From the NCBI GenBank assembly GCA_052426225.1, contig JBNJNM010000008.1:62001-126000 (forward strand): 64,000 nucleotides of DNA, in the 5' to 3' direction. Below the pieces are notes generated by a model. It saw only the letters and a program-made list of their open reading frames with translations, had not been told where the DNA came from and ran no database searches. This document shows positions 21,851 to 33,262 of the stretch, piece by piece (position 1 is the first letter of the stretch; each line of letters opens with the position of its first letter). Position numbers and translations under genes: made by a program. Source of the DNA: Zancudomyces culisetae HAW-14-8. Taxonomy: Eukaryota; Fungi; Kickxellomycota.

Positions 21851-24800
21851 ATTAAAGAATTTTAAATAGGTTTAAATTTCGATAAATTACATAAATTGGT
21901 GTCAGTTATTATTACTGATCTTTAATGTGGAAAAGGGCTTAAATGAAAGTAGAAAATGAGTATGGTAAGCTCTGATCTAATAATTTGAGATTTTATAAAT
22001 TTATTGAGTGAGGAATATAGTGTGAATTGACTATTTACTCAGAAAGAGTGTAAATCCGCTGTACATGATCGGTTTATTTATAGATTATTATTATTTTTAA
22101 TAATATTCTATAAAAGACATCTTTCATAGTTTTAAATAAAGTACAATATTGTATTCACAACATTACAAATAATTATAAATGAGCTTAAATGTTCGAATTA
22201 AAAACCAAAATTATAAAATTTTTGAGAAAGAATGCCTTGCACCTAGATTCCAAGATATGACTGTCGATTAAATTAAATTATTAGTTATCTAATGCTGTTT
22301 GCCCAAAACGAAGACAATCATAAAATTAAACCATAAAGTCTCAAGTCAAAAGCTACTCAAAATATATGAAAATAAATAGTTCAGCCAAAATATTGTAATA
22401 TTATAGCGAGTAAATAAAATGGAAGCTGTATATCACTATAAGTATCTTTTCATCGGCTATTGAAATATAATAAATTACTGTTTAGTGGTACTTTTGTTTA
22501 TCTTCTAAAGAATGGTGCTTTGAATTAACAATCGTAGATATTTTTAATATACTTTAAAGCGAGAAAACACCAATACTTTCGGCTTTTTTCTTCAAATAAG
22601 ATCATTCAAAAAAAAGTATCTAGTTATTTGAACAGATAGCATTTTTATTGTATTAAGCAGGTATGTAATAAAATAACTGGAATGTGAATAAAAACCGGAC
22701 CAGTTCAAAGTAATTTTTATAAATGATAGTATATTTATAAATATACATGTGTGTGTATGTGTGTATATGTGTTTATATGTGTATGTTCACTAAAATTTAC
22801 TTTATTTTCATAAAGATGTGTCAAACACCAAATGTTATTGGTATTGCGAATTACACTGTAAAGTTATTATACTTCATTTTGAACCAGATCTCGCGTTTTA
22901 AACCTTCGGTAATCTAGAGGCAATGTTCATTTTCGTAAAGATTAGTTTTTATTTAGTCAACCATTAAAAGGATGTAGAAAATCAATAAAACTAGAAAGTT
23001 CAAAAATTTTGCCAAAAACTACAAGATTCGTCTTAAAATGATTATAGTAGTTTATATTATTACGCTATCTACCCTGAAATTTGAATTAAAATTTGTTAAA
23101 AAACATGCTACTATTACTAAGCTGGTTATAAACTTTGTTGTTTCAAGGTGCGGCAAGATTCGTGCCTTCTTTAAGCTAATATTTTTTTATCCGATTTTGT
23201 ATACTGAAAAACTGTCTAGTTCTGCTTCTTTAACAATTCAAAAGATATTAATACAAATAATGATATCACAAACTGTACCAAGGTGTCAACAACTGTTTTA
23301 ATTATGTCTTTCATCATATTTTCTAATACTAACTTTAAAATATTCTTTGCGAAACCACCCACTATATAAAACGAATGCAATCAAGAGTAAAACCTTAGCC
23401 GCCATCGTCAAATTGCCTTTTAATCCACTATGTTTAAATTTACTTGCTGAGTTTCCATTTTTCAAAAATTATACATGATGATTGTAAATGATGTGTTAAA
23501 GAATTCATGACAAGGAATTCGCTTTAGCCATCAGTCGGTTATGGCTGCTTATAAAAGTATATTTATACAAAAAAAAAAGATTAAAAGTACCCTACATCCA
23601 ATGAACACTTTACCGTTATTTTTCTAAACATAATTATGTATTATTCCATTTTTATAACTGTATCGCTTGTATACAAAAAAGCTTAAACTTTGAAAACCCA
23701 AGGTTTTCATGTCAATAATAAGCCCACTCGAGAGGTTAGAAGTTGGCTAAGCTCAAACAATTAATTTATAGTCGCAAGATAATTATTTCTTCTACCAATG
23801 TGTAGTTCAATTTTAGTGCTTGCATCACTTTACATCTTTTGCTCTATTATATTTTTACGAGTTATGCATAGACTATATATTTATAATATTTTCTGAGGAG
23901 TAAGAGTAAATTCAAAAAATGTATTTAAATACTTGATTAGTCCATTATTGGTATAAAATTGTCTGAACCAAATCACCTGGGTATATATTTGGGTATCTGA
24001 ATCCCCAAAGGTACATCTACAGATTTCTGACTGAAGCGATCTAAAATTTTCTTTTTCTACTGAGCTACATTTGAATTAAAAGACAGATAAATCAGTTCAT
24101 TCAAAGCTTCTTTAAAAATGGAGTTTTATTGGTAGCTTCACCATATAATTATGCACTTTTGAAGCCATATCTGAATAAAAGTGCACAATATTGTTGAAGT
24201 TCGAGTGATTTATCACATTATCAAATGTAGATGTACGCTTATAAACATTTTTATAATTCTAGATCGAATGTGCCAGACAGTTTGATTCTTAATAAAAGGA
24301 GCAATCCTGGTGGGTAATCATTGTATAACTTTATAATCAAGAAATACACAATTAAAAGTATGTCAACTCACTGCTAAAACTAGTGTTTAATTTCCATTTG
24401 ATATTATCACACTGCTATTATGCTAGAATTTGTTTTTTTTGTACCAGTTTGAAATTTGGTATTTACCCGCCTACTCTGTCAATTAACGATTTATTATTAA
24501 TACACTTGGTTTTACAACCAGTCGGATATTTTTTGATAATAATAATAATAATAATAAATCACTAATTCCGTTATTTACACTTGATTACTGCCACTTATCT
24601 TCAACCAGTAAACAAATCACATTAATTTTCCACTATAAGACAAAGTCTTAAAGCTTGTGCTGGCGCAAGGCTCGCGTACTTTGTTGCATTTGTTCTATTT
24701 TTCTTATTTTACCAGGAACAGTAATCAAATAGCTGGGAAAAAAAGTATTATAGCTCACAGTATTCGTATATAACTTTAATTTATGTTTGGGGAACAGCTC

Positions 24801-25569
24801 AATGCATCATAAACGAGCTAAGACACTTTTTTCTTCGTTTGGTTCAAACTCGCACTTGTGACTGTACCCAGAGAGCTTCTTCTGATGTGCCACAAATACT
24901 AGACAGCTTTTTTTCTATTACTAGCTGTGCTTCTAGCTGTAAGAGGTTTATGGTTATGGAGCTCAATCAGGTCCCACATTTTGTTATAAATTTCGCTTTA
25001 TACTAAATTTGAAATTCAAATATTTAGTGGATACAATTTTAAAGGAACAAGTAATTATTAGTAATTCGAATCAATATTATTTTTACTAGTCAAATCCCAA
25101 AATGCGAGCCTAAAAATAGAAAACTTTTTTCATTTAATGATGGGCTAATTATTGTATTAATAAAAAATAAAAGCCATACAAATCCCATAAAAAAGCAATG
25201 CCACATAACAACCACCTAAATAATTTCTCTCTATCAGTCTAAGGATTTCATCTCATTGTAAAAATAGAACCAGAATTATAAATACTGGTAACACCATTAA
25301 ATTTCATTTTCTTCGGGGCTAAAGCTATTCTCATTTTGCATTTACAGATTGCTGTAAAATAAGGCTAGTGTAAGTAGTTTATAAATTTAGAACTGAATGT
25401 CCTTAATCTAATCCTCTGTTTTTTATTTTATTTTATGTCTATTTTTACAAAAATCACCTTATAATATAAAAGAAAAGAACATAAATCAGCAAAATATTAA
25501 ATATATAATTCTCCCCTAAAAATCCGCTCATTTGCATATAAAGAAACAATACTATATAGAAAACCATCA

Positions 25570-26445
25570 ATGATCAAGTTGTTAGAATTTGTGGCATGTT
25601 GCACTTTGCTTTGCCTTTTGACTACTTGCTCACTGGGCGTGCGTTTGGACGAACCCTTTTATGAAAAGAGAAGATTGGAAAAGCGAGTAATCGGAGGGGT
25701 ATCGGCATCTGATAAAAACTACAAATTCATTTCAGCAATAACTACAGCGAATCGGACATCAGTCAAGTGTACGGCTTCTCTTATCGCACCAAATGCAATA
25801 TTGACTGCGGGTAGCTGTATACGATCTCTTGAAAATGATGTAGGCTCAGATTCTAGTAAGATTTTAGTGAGGTTTGGGGTATCAGATCCAACCTCGTCAT
25901 CAAAAGAGAACTACCCAATAGAGTCCATCAACTACCATCCCGAAATTCAATTCTCAACATTCACTAACGACATTGCAGTAATTGTTTTGAAAACATGTGT
26001 GCCAAAATCTGTAGCAACTCCTGTGCACGTAAATACCGACGATTTTCAAGAGTTTCTTGCATACAAACTAGCAGGATTTGGTATTTCTAGCACCGATGGG
26101 ACCTATCCAAACACGCTTCAACAATTAACTCTAGTACAGGGCAGCAGAAGATTATGTGAGATTTTTTTCAATTCCAAGGATGTTAACAACAAAATATTTT
26201 GTGCAGCCCAATATAAAGCTAGCTCAATTTGTACAGGAGATGCTGGTGCACCATTAACGACCGACGACTTTCAAAGCCTTGTTGCACTAGCCAATGCACA
26301 GCTAACTACCAAGGAAAATGTATGCAACCAAGACAACTCTGTCTCTATTTTTACTATTTTGTCACCACATTGGAAAAACTTTATTTCGACCTATGCACCG
26401 TGTACTGGATCTTCCTGTGATTATTCTTCATTATGTCCAAACTAG
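25570..26445 (+). CDS. Secreted trypsin-like (S1A) serine protease homolog, predicted catalytically inactive, 291 aa
   Basis: Signal peptide and propeptide ending EKR|VIGG. LTAGSC replaces LTAAHC (His lost), NDIAVIVL keeps the Asp, and CTGDAGAP replaces CxGDSGGP (Ser lost). Confidence 0.85.
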   Translation: MIKLLEFVACCTLLCLLTTCSLGVRLDEPFYEKRRLEKRVIGGVSASDKNYKFISAITTANRTSVKCTASLIAPNAILTAGSCIRSLENDVGSDSSKILVRFGVSDPTSSSKENYPIESINYHPEIQFSTFTNDIAVIVLKTCVPKSVATPVHVNTDDFQEFLAYKLAGFGISSTDGTYPNTLQQLTLVQGSRRLCEIFFNSKDVNNKIFCAAQYKASSICTGDAGAPLTTDDFQSLVALANAQLTTKENVCNQDNSVSIFTILSPHWKNFISTYAPCTGSSCDYSSLCPN

Positions 26446-27865
26446 CCTCACAAATCATCTACATCTGACCAAAAGCTTTGACACATATTTACATATATTT
26501 ACTCGCAACAATCCTTCTTAGTATTTGGTTTTTACATATTGAAAAGGCAATACTTGTAATTAATTTTGGATGAAATAAAATATAAAATAAAATGCAAATA
26601 ATGTTGATAAACATACAGCTACATTTGGCGATTAAATACACTTTTACCAACTAGAATCCTAGTTTACTAGTAATAATCTATTAATATAAAATTTGCTGTA
26701 CATCTTGGCAAGATATACAAAAGTTAATGTAGTAACAGAATAAAAACGTATCTCGATAAAAATTTTCATATATCGTTATCTCGGAATTCGTACCACTTCT
26801 TGGCTGTTAGACTATTAAAATTTTGGCAAGTTTTATCTTTTAAATACAGGAAAATGTGTCTAAAATAATGCTGATCCTACTAATAAATTGCCTCGATATA
26901 CGCGTTTAAGAGGATATTTTCTTACAAATCAACCTCTCGTTTTACCAGATACATACCAAACTCAATCTCGCGTTATTGTTATTAGTAACGTGTTTCTTGA
27001 ATTGACCTGAATTTTTTGTCTTTTGATCTAATTGTACTATTTGCACTGATACTCAGCATTACTTTGTGTGTACATTCTCAAAAGGAAATTGGCCAATCAA
27101 ATTACACTAATACGAACATGGTGAATATTGTGCTTCGATACAATTCATTTACTAGTAAAAAAAAGAAAAAAAAGCACAACACAACACAAAACAATACAAT
27201 CGAGTTGCTCTACTTGTATAACTTTTGGGGCTTGGTTTCTAGTCAGGATACTCGTATATCTAAAGTTTGACACCTTAAATATAAATTTAAGGGAAGTGTG
27301 TTTAATTCTAAAGCTGGTTCGTATAATAGCTGAGAATGTGAACTACGCGCCCGCTACTTTATTTACATTTTCTACTAAAAAAAAAAAATACAAGAAGCTA
27401 AAAACCCAAGCGGGATTTATACCAAATACCTTGGTGTTGACATCATTAAATGTAAACAGAAAGAATGGTACAGCTAGGCGTCACGCGATAGTTATTTGAA
27501 AAAAATGAATGCAAATCCAATTAAAATAGTGCACCTTAGGGAAAGGGGAAAAGGAAAAAGGAAAAGTAGGGATATTGTTAAGTATATATACTTTAGTAAC
27601 GTTCAATGTTTTTCTTTTACATTTGTTTAATTTATGATAAAACACTATAAAATATATAATAATATAATATAATCATAATTTTTGTAATAGTATAACAGAC
27701 TAAAGCCTATAGAGGAGAACGAATAATTCCAACAATAAACATAGATAATACAAACATTAAACCACAAGCAAACCTCTTAATCCTCAGTGGAAAACATCAG
27801 GGTTGTCCAAAATACACGCCAAAAGATAGAAGAACAACACGGCACAGTAAAAATAAAGCTATAAA

Positions 27866-28219
27866 ATGAGCGGTAATAGTATACAAAGGCACAAAGTTCA
27901 TACACCAACTTTTATGACTTGCAAACATTCAAATGGTGAGTTGTGCGCAAAGTCCATTTTTATGTGCAAAACGGGATTACAAAAGCTGTTTAATCCAAGA
28001 AATTCAGAATTTACACGAGTGTTGAGAAATCAATTGTACAACAGGATAAGCGAGATAGCTGTCTCTCGAAAAAAATTTATAAGTGTAAGAGAGAGTTTCC
28101 AAGTAGGAAAAGGTGCTACTGGTGACAAACCGCTTATCACAAGTTACTACCAATGCCCCCGATGCAAAACAGATACCATGAGTTGGGATAAACATGTGGA
28201 GCATTTTTTGAAGTGCTAA
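27866..28219 (+). CDS. Small protein with a C-terminal CCHC zinc finger, 117 aa
   Basis: AAAATG start with an upstream in-frame stop. The C-terminus YQCPRCKTDTMSWDKHVEHFLKC is C-x2-C-x12-H-x3-C. Confidence 0.55.
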   Translation: MSGNSIQRHKVHTPTFMTCKHSNGELCAKSIFMCKTGLQKLFNPRNSEFTRVLRNQLYNRISEIAVSRKKFISVRESFQVGKGATGDKPLITSYYQCPRCKTDTMSWDKHVEHFLKC

Positions 28220-28447
28220 CTCAATATACTTAAATTTAACTGTTCAGTTTTTCGTTAACTTCCTTTCCTGTAAATTTCCAAGAGTTTTGTGAATTAGAAA
28301 CATAACTTTTGGATCTGTTTTACTGTTTAGATATTCAATTTGCGTTAAATAAAAAGTTCATACTCAAAATCAATACTAAAAGAATCCTTATTTCAGCAAG
28401 AAAAGTTTATACTGGATGAAAATATGTTAATAACAAAGGTTCGTAAG

Positions 28448-30051
28448 TTAAAAGAACAGCCAACCTATGAAAAATGCAACAAAGGCAAGGAAAATGGCTG
28501 TCGGAAGAGAAATACCATCTACTTCTTTTGTATTTAGCAGACCGAGGTTGTTCAAAGGTGTTTTATCAGAAGAATCCAAATGTCCTCCTAGTAGCCCATT
28601 CTCATTTAGTAATTTCGTGAGTTCGGCTATCTTTTGGTCCTTCTATTGACGTGTATTATTATATTAGGCCTTTTCAAATATGAATTGGTTGTAGTAGTGT
28701 CACAAAAAATACAAGAAAAGCATAAATTCAATCACAACGAAAACAAAGATCAATACAAATAAAAATACAAATACAAATACGGGGGTATTACCTCTTTGAG
28801 TTGACCAGCCAAATCGAGTTTATTTTCCGCTTTTTTAGGCTGCTCCTGTGCAATCTGGTCCAAAATTTCGGATTTTTTTTCAATGTTGTTGCTTTCCTTT
28901 GCCTTTCATAAAAAGTAGTAAAAGTATTTGCTTGGTTAATAAGCTTCAAATGGGTTTGTTAAATGAATAACATATAAAAATAAAATAAAACCCCGGAAAA
29001 AAAAAAGAGTTACCTCTAGCGCAGACAATGGAACATCAGTAAGAGGTGTAGTTGGAGGTGGAGTTATCGGCTCTGATGGCTTAGATGGGGGAGTTGATTT
29101 TTCGGCTAGTACTGGCTGGGCTCTAGTAGTGTTAGCAGGCTCTGTCGTTTTTTTCAATGCTGATGTGGAAACTGATTCGTCATTTGCTGATTCGGGCTCG
29201 TAAGAAACCCGTAGTTTCTTCTCCTTGATTTGGTCTTTCTTTTCATGCTCAATAGATGTCCACTAATAATGAAGCACCGATAGGTAAGTGTAGTAGGAAT
29301 TGTGCAAAATATCTAACTTCGATAAGCCGCATAGGCAAATGAATAATTCATGATATAAATGGGTGAATTTTGATTTAACTCTTATGGCAAGATGTATGAT
29401 CAAAGATACCCTCAATTTAAACTACATCTATAATAAAGGGCTTACCAATGCTGCTAAATCTGCAGTTGATTGATTCTCGTCGATCTGGAAACTCTGAATT
29501 AAAAATTTATCTTTACATTTGAAATCATCTTGGACGTCATTTCGTGGTTGTAGACCAACTAACAAGTAAATAATCGTGTAAATTGCATTAAATATTGAAA
29601 ACAAGCATTTTTATGCGCAATTTTCTTCATTCACGTCCCTCTCTACTCATCATCTCCAGAAAAAAACTAAAAAACATATGTTTAAATAGAATATGTGAAT
29701 GTTTATGAATGGAGAGACTTACCCAAAACCTCGACGGTACTTCCCGGCTTGATAACGCCAGAATTGGGCCTCACAAAGTATAATTTTGGAGCTGTAGTTT
29801 TTATTTTATAGATTGTATCTCCTTCGTTTGGATTGGTTAAAGAGAGTCTGGCCTCTTTTACTTTGTCAAAGGGTCCTAAATTTATAAAAAGAATACCTTA
29901 TTCCTGAATCGTTTTTTGTTGATTTTTTTTTTCTATGACTCTCCGAGTATTAGCAACAGAATCAATGTAACGTGGTAGTGTAGTAGTTCAAATTATCAAT
30001 GTACTTACTAGTGAACCTTATAAACTCCTCGGGCGCTATGTTCAATGCCAT
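28448..30051 (-). CDS. SCS2: VAP/Scs2 ER membrane-contact protein (MSP domain plus tail anchor), about 6 exons, not captured by the ORF track
   Basis: Spliced by hand. Exon 1 (30051-30009) is MALNIAPEEFIRFT. Exon 2 is RPFDKVKEARLSLTNPNEGDTIYKIKTTAPKLYFVRPNSG, containing the VAP signature. Then CKDKFLIQS, KKLRVSY, a Pro/Thr linker and a C-terminal TM ISLPTAIFLAFVAFFIGWLFF*. Canonical GTAAG donors. Confidence 0.9.
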
Positions 30052-31174
30052 TTTGAATTTAGCTTTATTTGAGTTTTACTTGCTATTTCTTTTGTCTGAG
30101 TTTTTTAATTTTAATTTTAATTTTCATAAAGCTATTATGAAATTTCACAAACCACATTGTTTTTCAACATTTGGAACTGAGAATCAAAATATGGAAGGAA
30201 GCTGACCATGAATTACAGAAATATTTTACATGTATTTTCCTAATTTTCAATTGGCCGAGTGGCGGATTTTGCTATGATGTAGAAGCAAAATATGGGGTGA
30301 AACTGCTATGTAAAAAAATTAGCGGAAAGTATTGGCAAAAAACAAAACAGCAATTTTACCAAACTAATATCTACTATTTCTATTTTAGCCTGAAACGGAA
30401 TGGCATTGTTGAAATTGGAATTGGTGGAATCACTTGCTGAATTTCAAAAATGCATTACACTATTACACTGGCAAACCAACTTGATATTTGGTTACACATG
30501 CCATTATGCTTGTTTTCAGAGCCATTTTGAAGATATTATGCAAAAAATGCAATAGTGAGAAAAGACAGGTATCAGAATAAATGTAACCCCCCTTGCCCTC
30601 CTTTTTTTTTTGGTGGGTACAACTCTTGCAGAAGAGCTCGTTGCACGTTTTACTGCACAGGTGCAAGCAGGTAAACACCAAATGTGCCAAAATGTAAGAT
30701 GATTACGCAAATCTACATTTAAAGTGTCGCTTGCAACTCACTTGGGAATATAGCTTTTTTTAATTTTAATGTGTCGCTAAGCTGCTGGATATATTAATGT
30801 GTATCGAATATTGGTGTTTTGGGGTGTTGAAATCTCTGGTGTTTCTCTTTTTCAACTCCTCCAAGTACAGGAAATGTTCATTTGATCTTAAAAATAGCTT
30901 TGTTCGGGATATTATAGACTGTTACATAATGGGCTGAATAAAGTTTCCAGATTCAAGAAACATTTTCAACCTAGATAGTGGATATTTGCATTAGACAATC
31001 ATGCAACTGAATTGGTTTTATTTTTCTAGCCAAGAGGCTGATTATGTAAACTCCGATAAAATGTGCTAATGGTGAAAGCGTGTTTTTGTCAAACCATACC
31101 AAGCATACCACAACCACACATCTTTTCCTTCACAAAACTCAAAGTGGAGGAGGAGGGGCAAGAAAGGAGGGAAA

Positions 31175-31210
31175 GAGGAAGAGGAAGAGGAAGAGGAAGA
31201 GGAAGAGGAA
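31175..31210 (+). repeat. (GAGGAA)6 microsatellite
   Basis: Read directly from the sequence. Confidence 0.9.
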
Positions 31211-31551
31211 AAAGCGTGATTCTATGGATGAGGTTATTTATTAAATTATACATATAGCAATGATGGTGGCATGAAACAAAAACACTGATATAACGGTTCT
31301 TAAGATAAAGCAAGTGTTTAGTGAAAAATAGCCACTTTCACTGGGTACGGAGTACACTTTCTACTAACACACTTCTCGTTTATCATTTTGAACTCCACTA
31401 TGCTATCATTTTCACCTATGCCATTAATGCTCAGTAAGTGATACACTGCTGTTTTTAATATAAAAAAATAAGATCCAAGAGAGCAGGCATGGATATTGTA
31501 TTCATAACACCAGCTTATTCTTAGTGAACTGTAACGCACACCCCCTCTCTT

Positions 31552-31581
31552 CCTCTCCTCTCCTCTCCTCTCCTCTCCTCT
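31552..31581 (+). repeat. (CCTCT)6 microsatellite
   Basis: Read directly from the sequence. Confidence 0.9.
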
Positions 31582-31927
31582 CATTTGTTTTCATCTATAT
31601 TTAAATTTTTTATTCAAAAACACCTAAAATATTAACGCTCAGTTACCAAAGATATAGCCAGATGTACAGTGCCTGACAGAAAATTGGTCAAAATAAAAAA
31701 TAGAAACCGTTGTACTAGTTAGACTCTTTTTTTTCTTATGAACAGTGCTATTAGAACTCTTTATATTTGGAAATGGCATTCATCAGAAATGAAAAATATG
31801 AAAAGATCGGGGAATGCGGTAAAAAGTAAAGTAAAAAGTAGTGAAAAACAGTGGGATGAAGCGGGAAACTCAAAGGGGGAAAGAATAAGAAACTTAAATT
31901 AGGCTGAAAATAAAGAAATAGTAAAAG

Positions 31928-33262
31928 CTACAAAATAGTACAGCAACCTGAGGACTTTTGAGAAGGTTTATCGACTTTGCTTAGACAAATCCTAGCAGTA
32001 TGGTAGAATACCTCAGCAACACCTATCTTCTCCTTTGCCGAGCACTCGAGGTATAGACTCGCACCAATTCTTTTCGCCACTGCCTTCCCCTATGATTGTA
32101 TCCAAAACAAAAAGGTAAAGTTAGAATCAAGTAAAGTTGCATGCGTAAAAGTTGAATAGGTATTTCTCCTTTTTGTCCCTGTCTCTCTCTTTCAAAAAAA
32201 AAAAAAAAAGCAAAACAAGAAAGAAAAGGATCAAAAAAAAAAAATCAGAAAAATAATCCAAAACTTACCTCCTCAGTAGTAAGCGGTCGCTGATTATGTT
32301 GAGCCAACTCTGAAATAGTAGACTCATCATTTCTCAAATCAGTCTTGAGAGCGACCAATACGATGGCTACGCCTGGGGCATAATGAATTACTTCGTTTAT
32401 CCACTATGTTATCGTTAGGTTCAGCAGGTTTATTGTTGTTATTTATACCATTGAAATAGCGTCATTGAAATTTAGAATTCGAAATAGAGTGTTGATAATT
32501 TGAGAAATATACATGTTCGATATTTTTATTGACCCTGAGTTCAGGCCATAAGGTACCATATTTCAAGTATATTTCTAGTGTCGTTAAGAATAAATGTATC
32601 AAAATAAAAAAAGACTAAACTTACTTTTTCTTCGACATTCTCTAAAGAGTCTGGAGAATCAACACTAAAGCAAATTAGGACAGCGTTGGACTCGGGGTAT
32701 GATAAATATCTCAATCGATCATAGTCTTCTTGTCCCGCAGTATCCCATAATTCAAGTTCTAGCGGTCTTCCGTCGACTTTCATATCGGCAACCCAATTTT
32801 CGAAAACCGTTGGTACATATTTATATGCCTAATGGGTTAAAGAAGGTTATTCATTATTGTTTTTATGATCTATCGGAGCCAGGGACCAGGGACCAAGGGG
32901 AGGGTCAGGATCCGGTAAATGTAAATTTGGATGTTGGTGACAAGATATAATGAACACCAAGTATACAATTTGGAGGGTGCCAAACCCTCCAAAAATGAAA
33001 TAAGGTAATAACAACACAACAGCTAATAAGAAGTCAAAACAATTTTTGATTGCGCAGAAATTACCGGCTTTGACATGTGAATTAAGGAAAAAATAGCAGA
33101 CAAACAAAATAGATAATTAGACAATGAGACAAAAGGGAACATTCTACTTACTATAGGAAATTCGCCTTCTCTAAAAACAAGAAGTAAGCATGTTTTTCCA
33201 CAAGCACCATCACCAACAATTACTACTTTTCTTCTAGTTATGGCAAGATTGTTGTCATTCAT
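31928..33262 (-). CDS. RHO1: Rho1-like small GTPase; 4 coding exons (33262-33152, 32828-32625, 32403-32269, 32089-31928)
   Basis: P-loop [36 protein letters not shown], and a C-terminal CCTIL CaaX. GT-AG junctions are in frame. Orthology to Rho1 versus a paralog is not certain. Confidence 0.9.
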
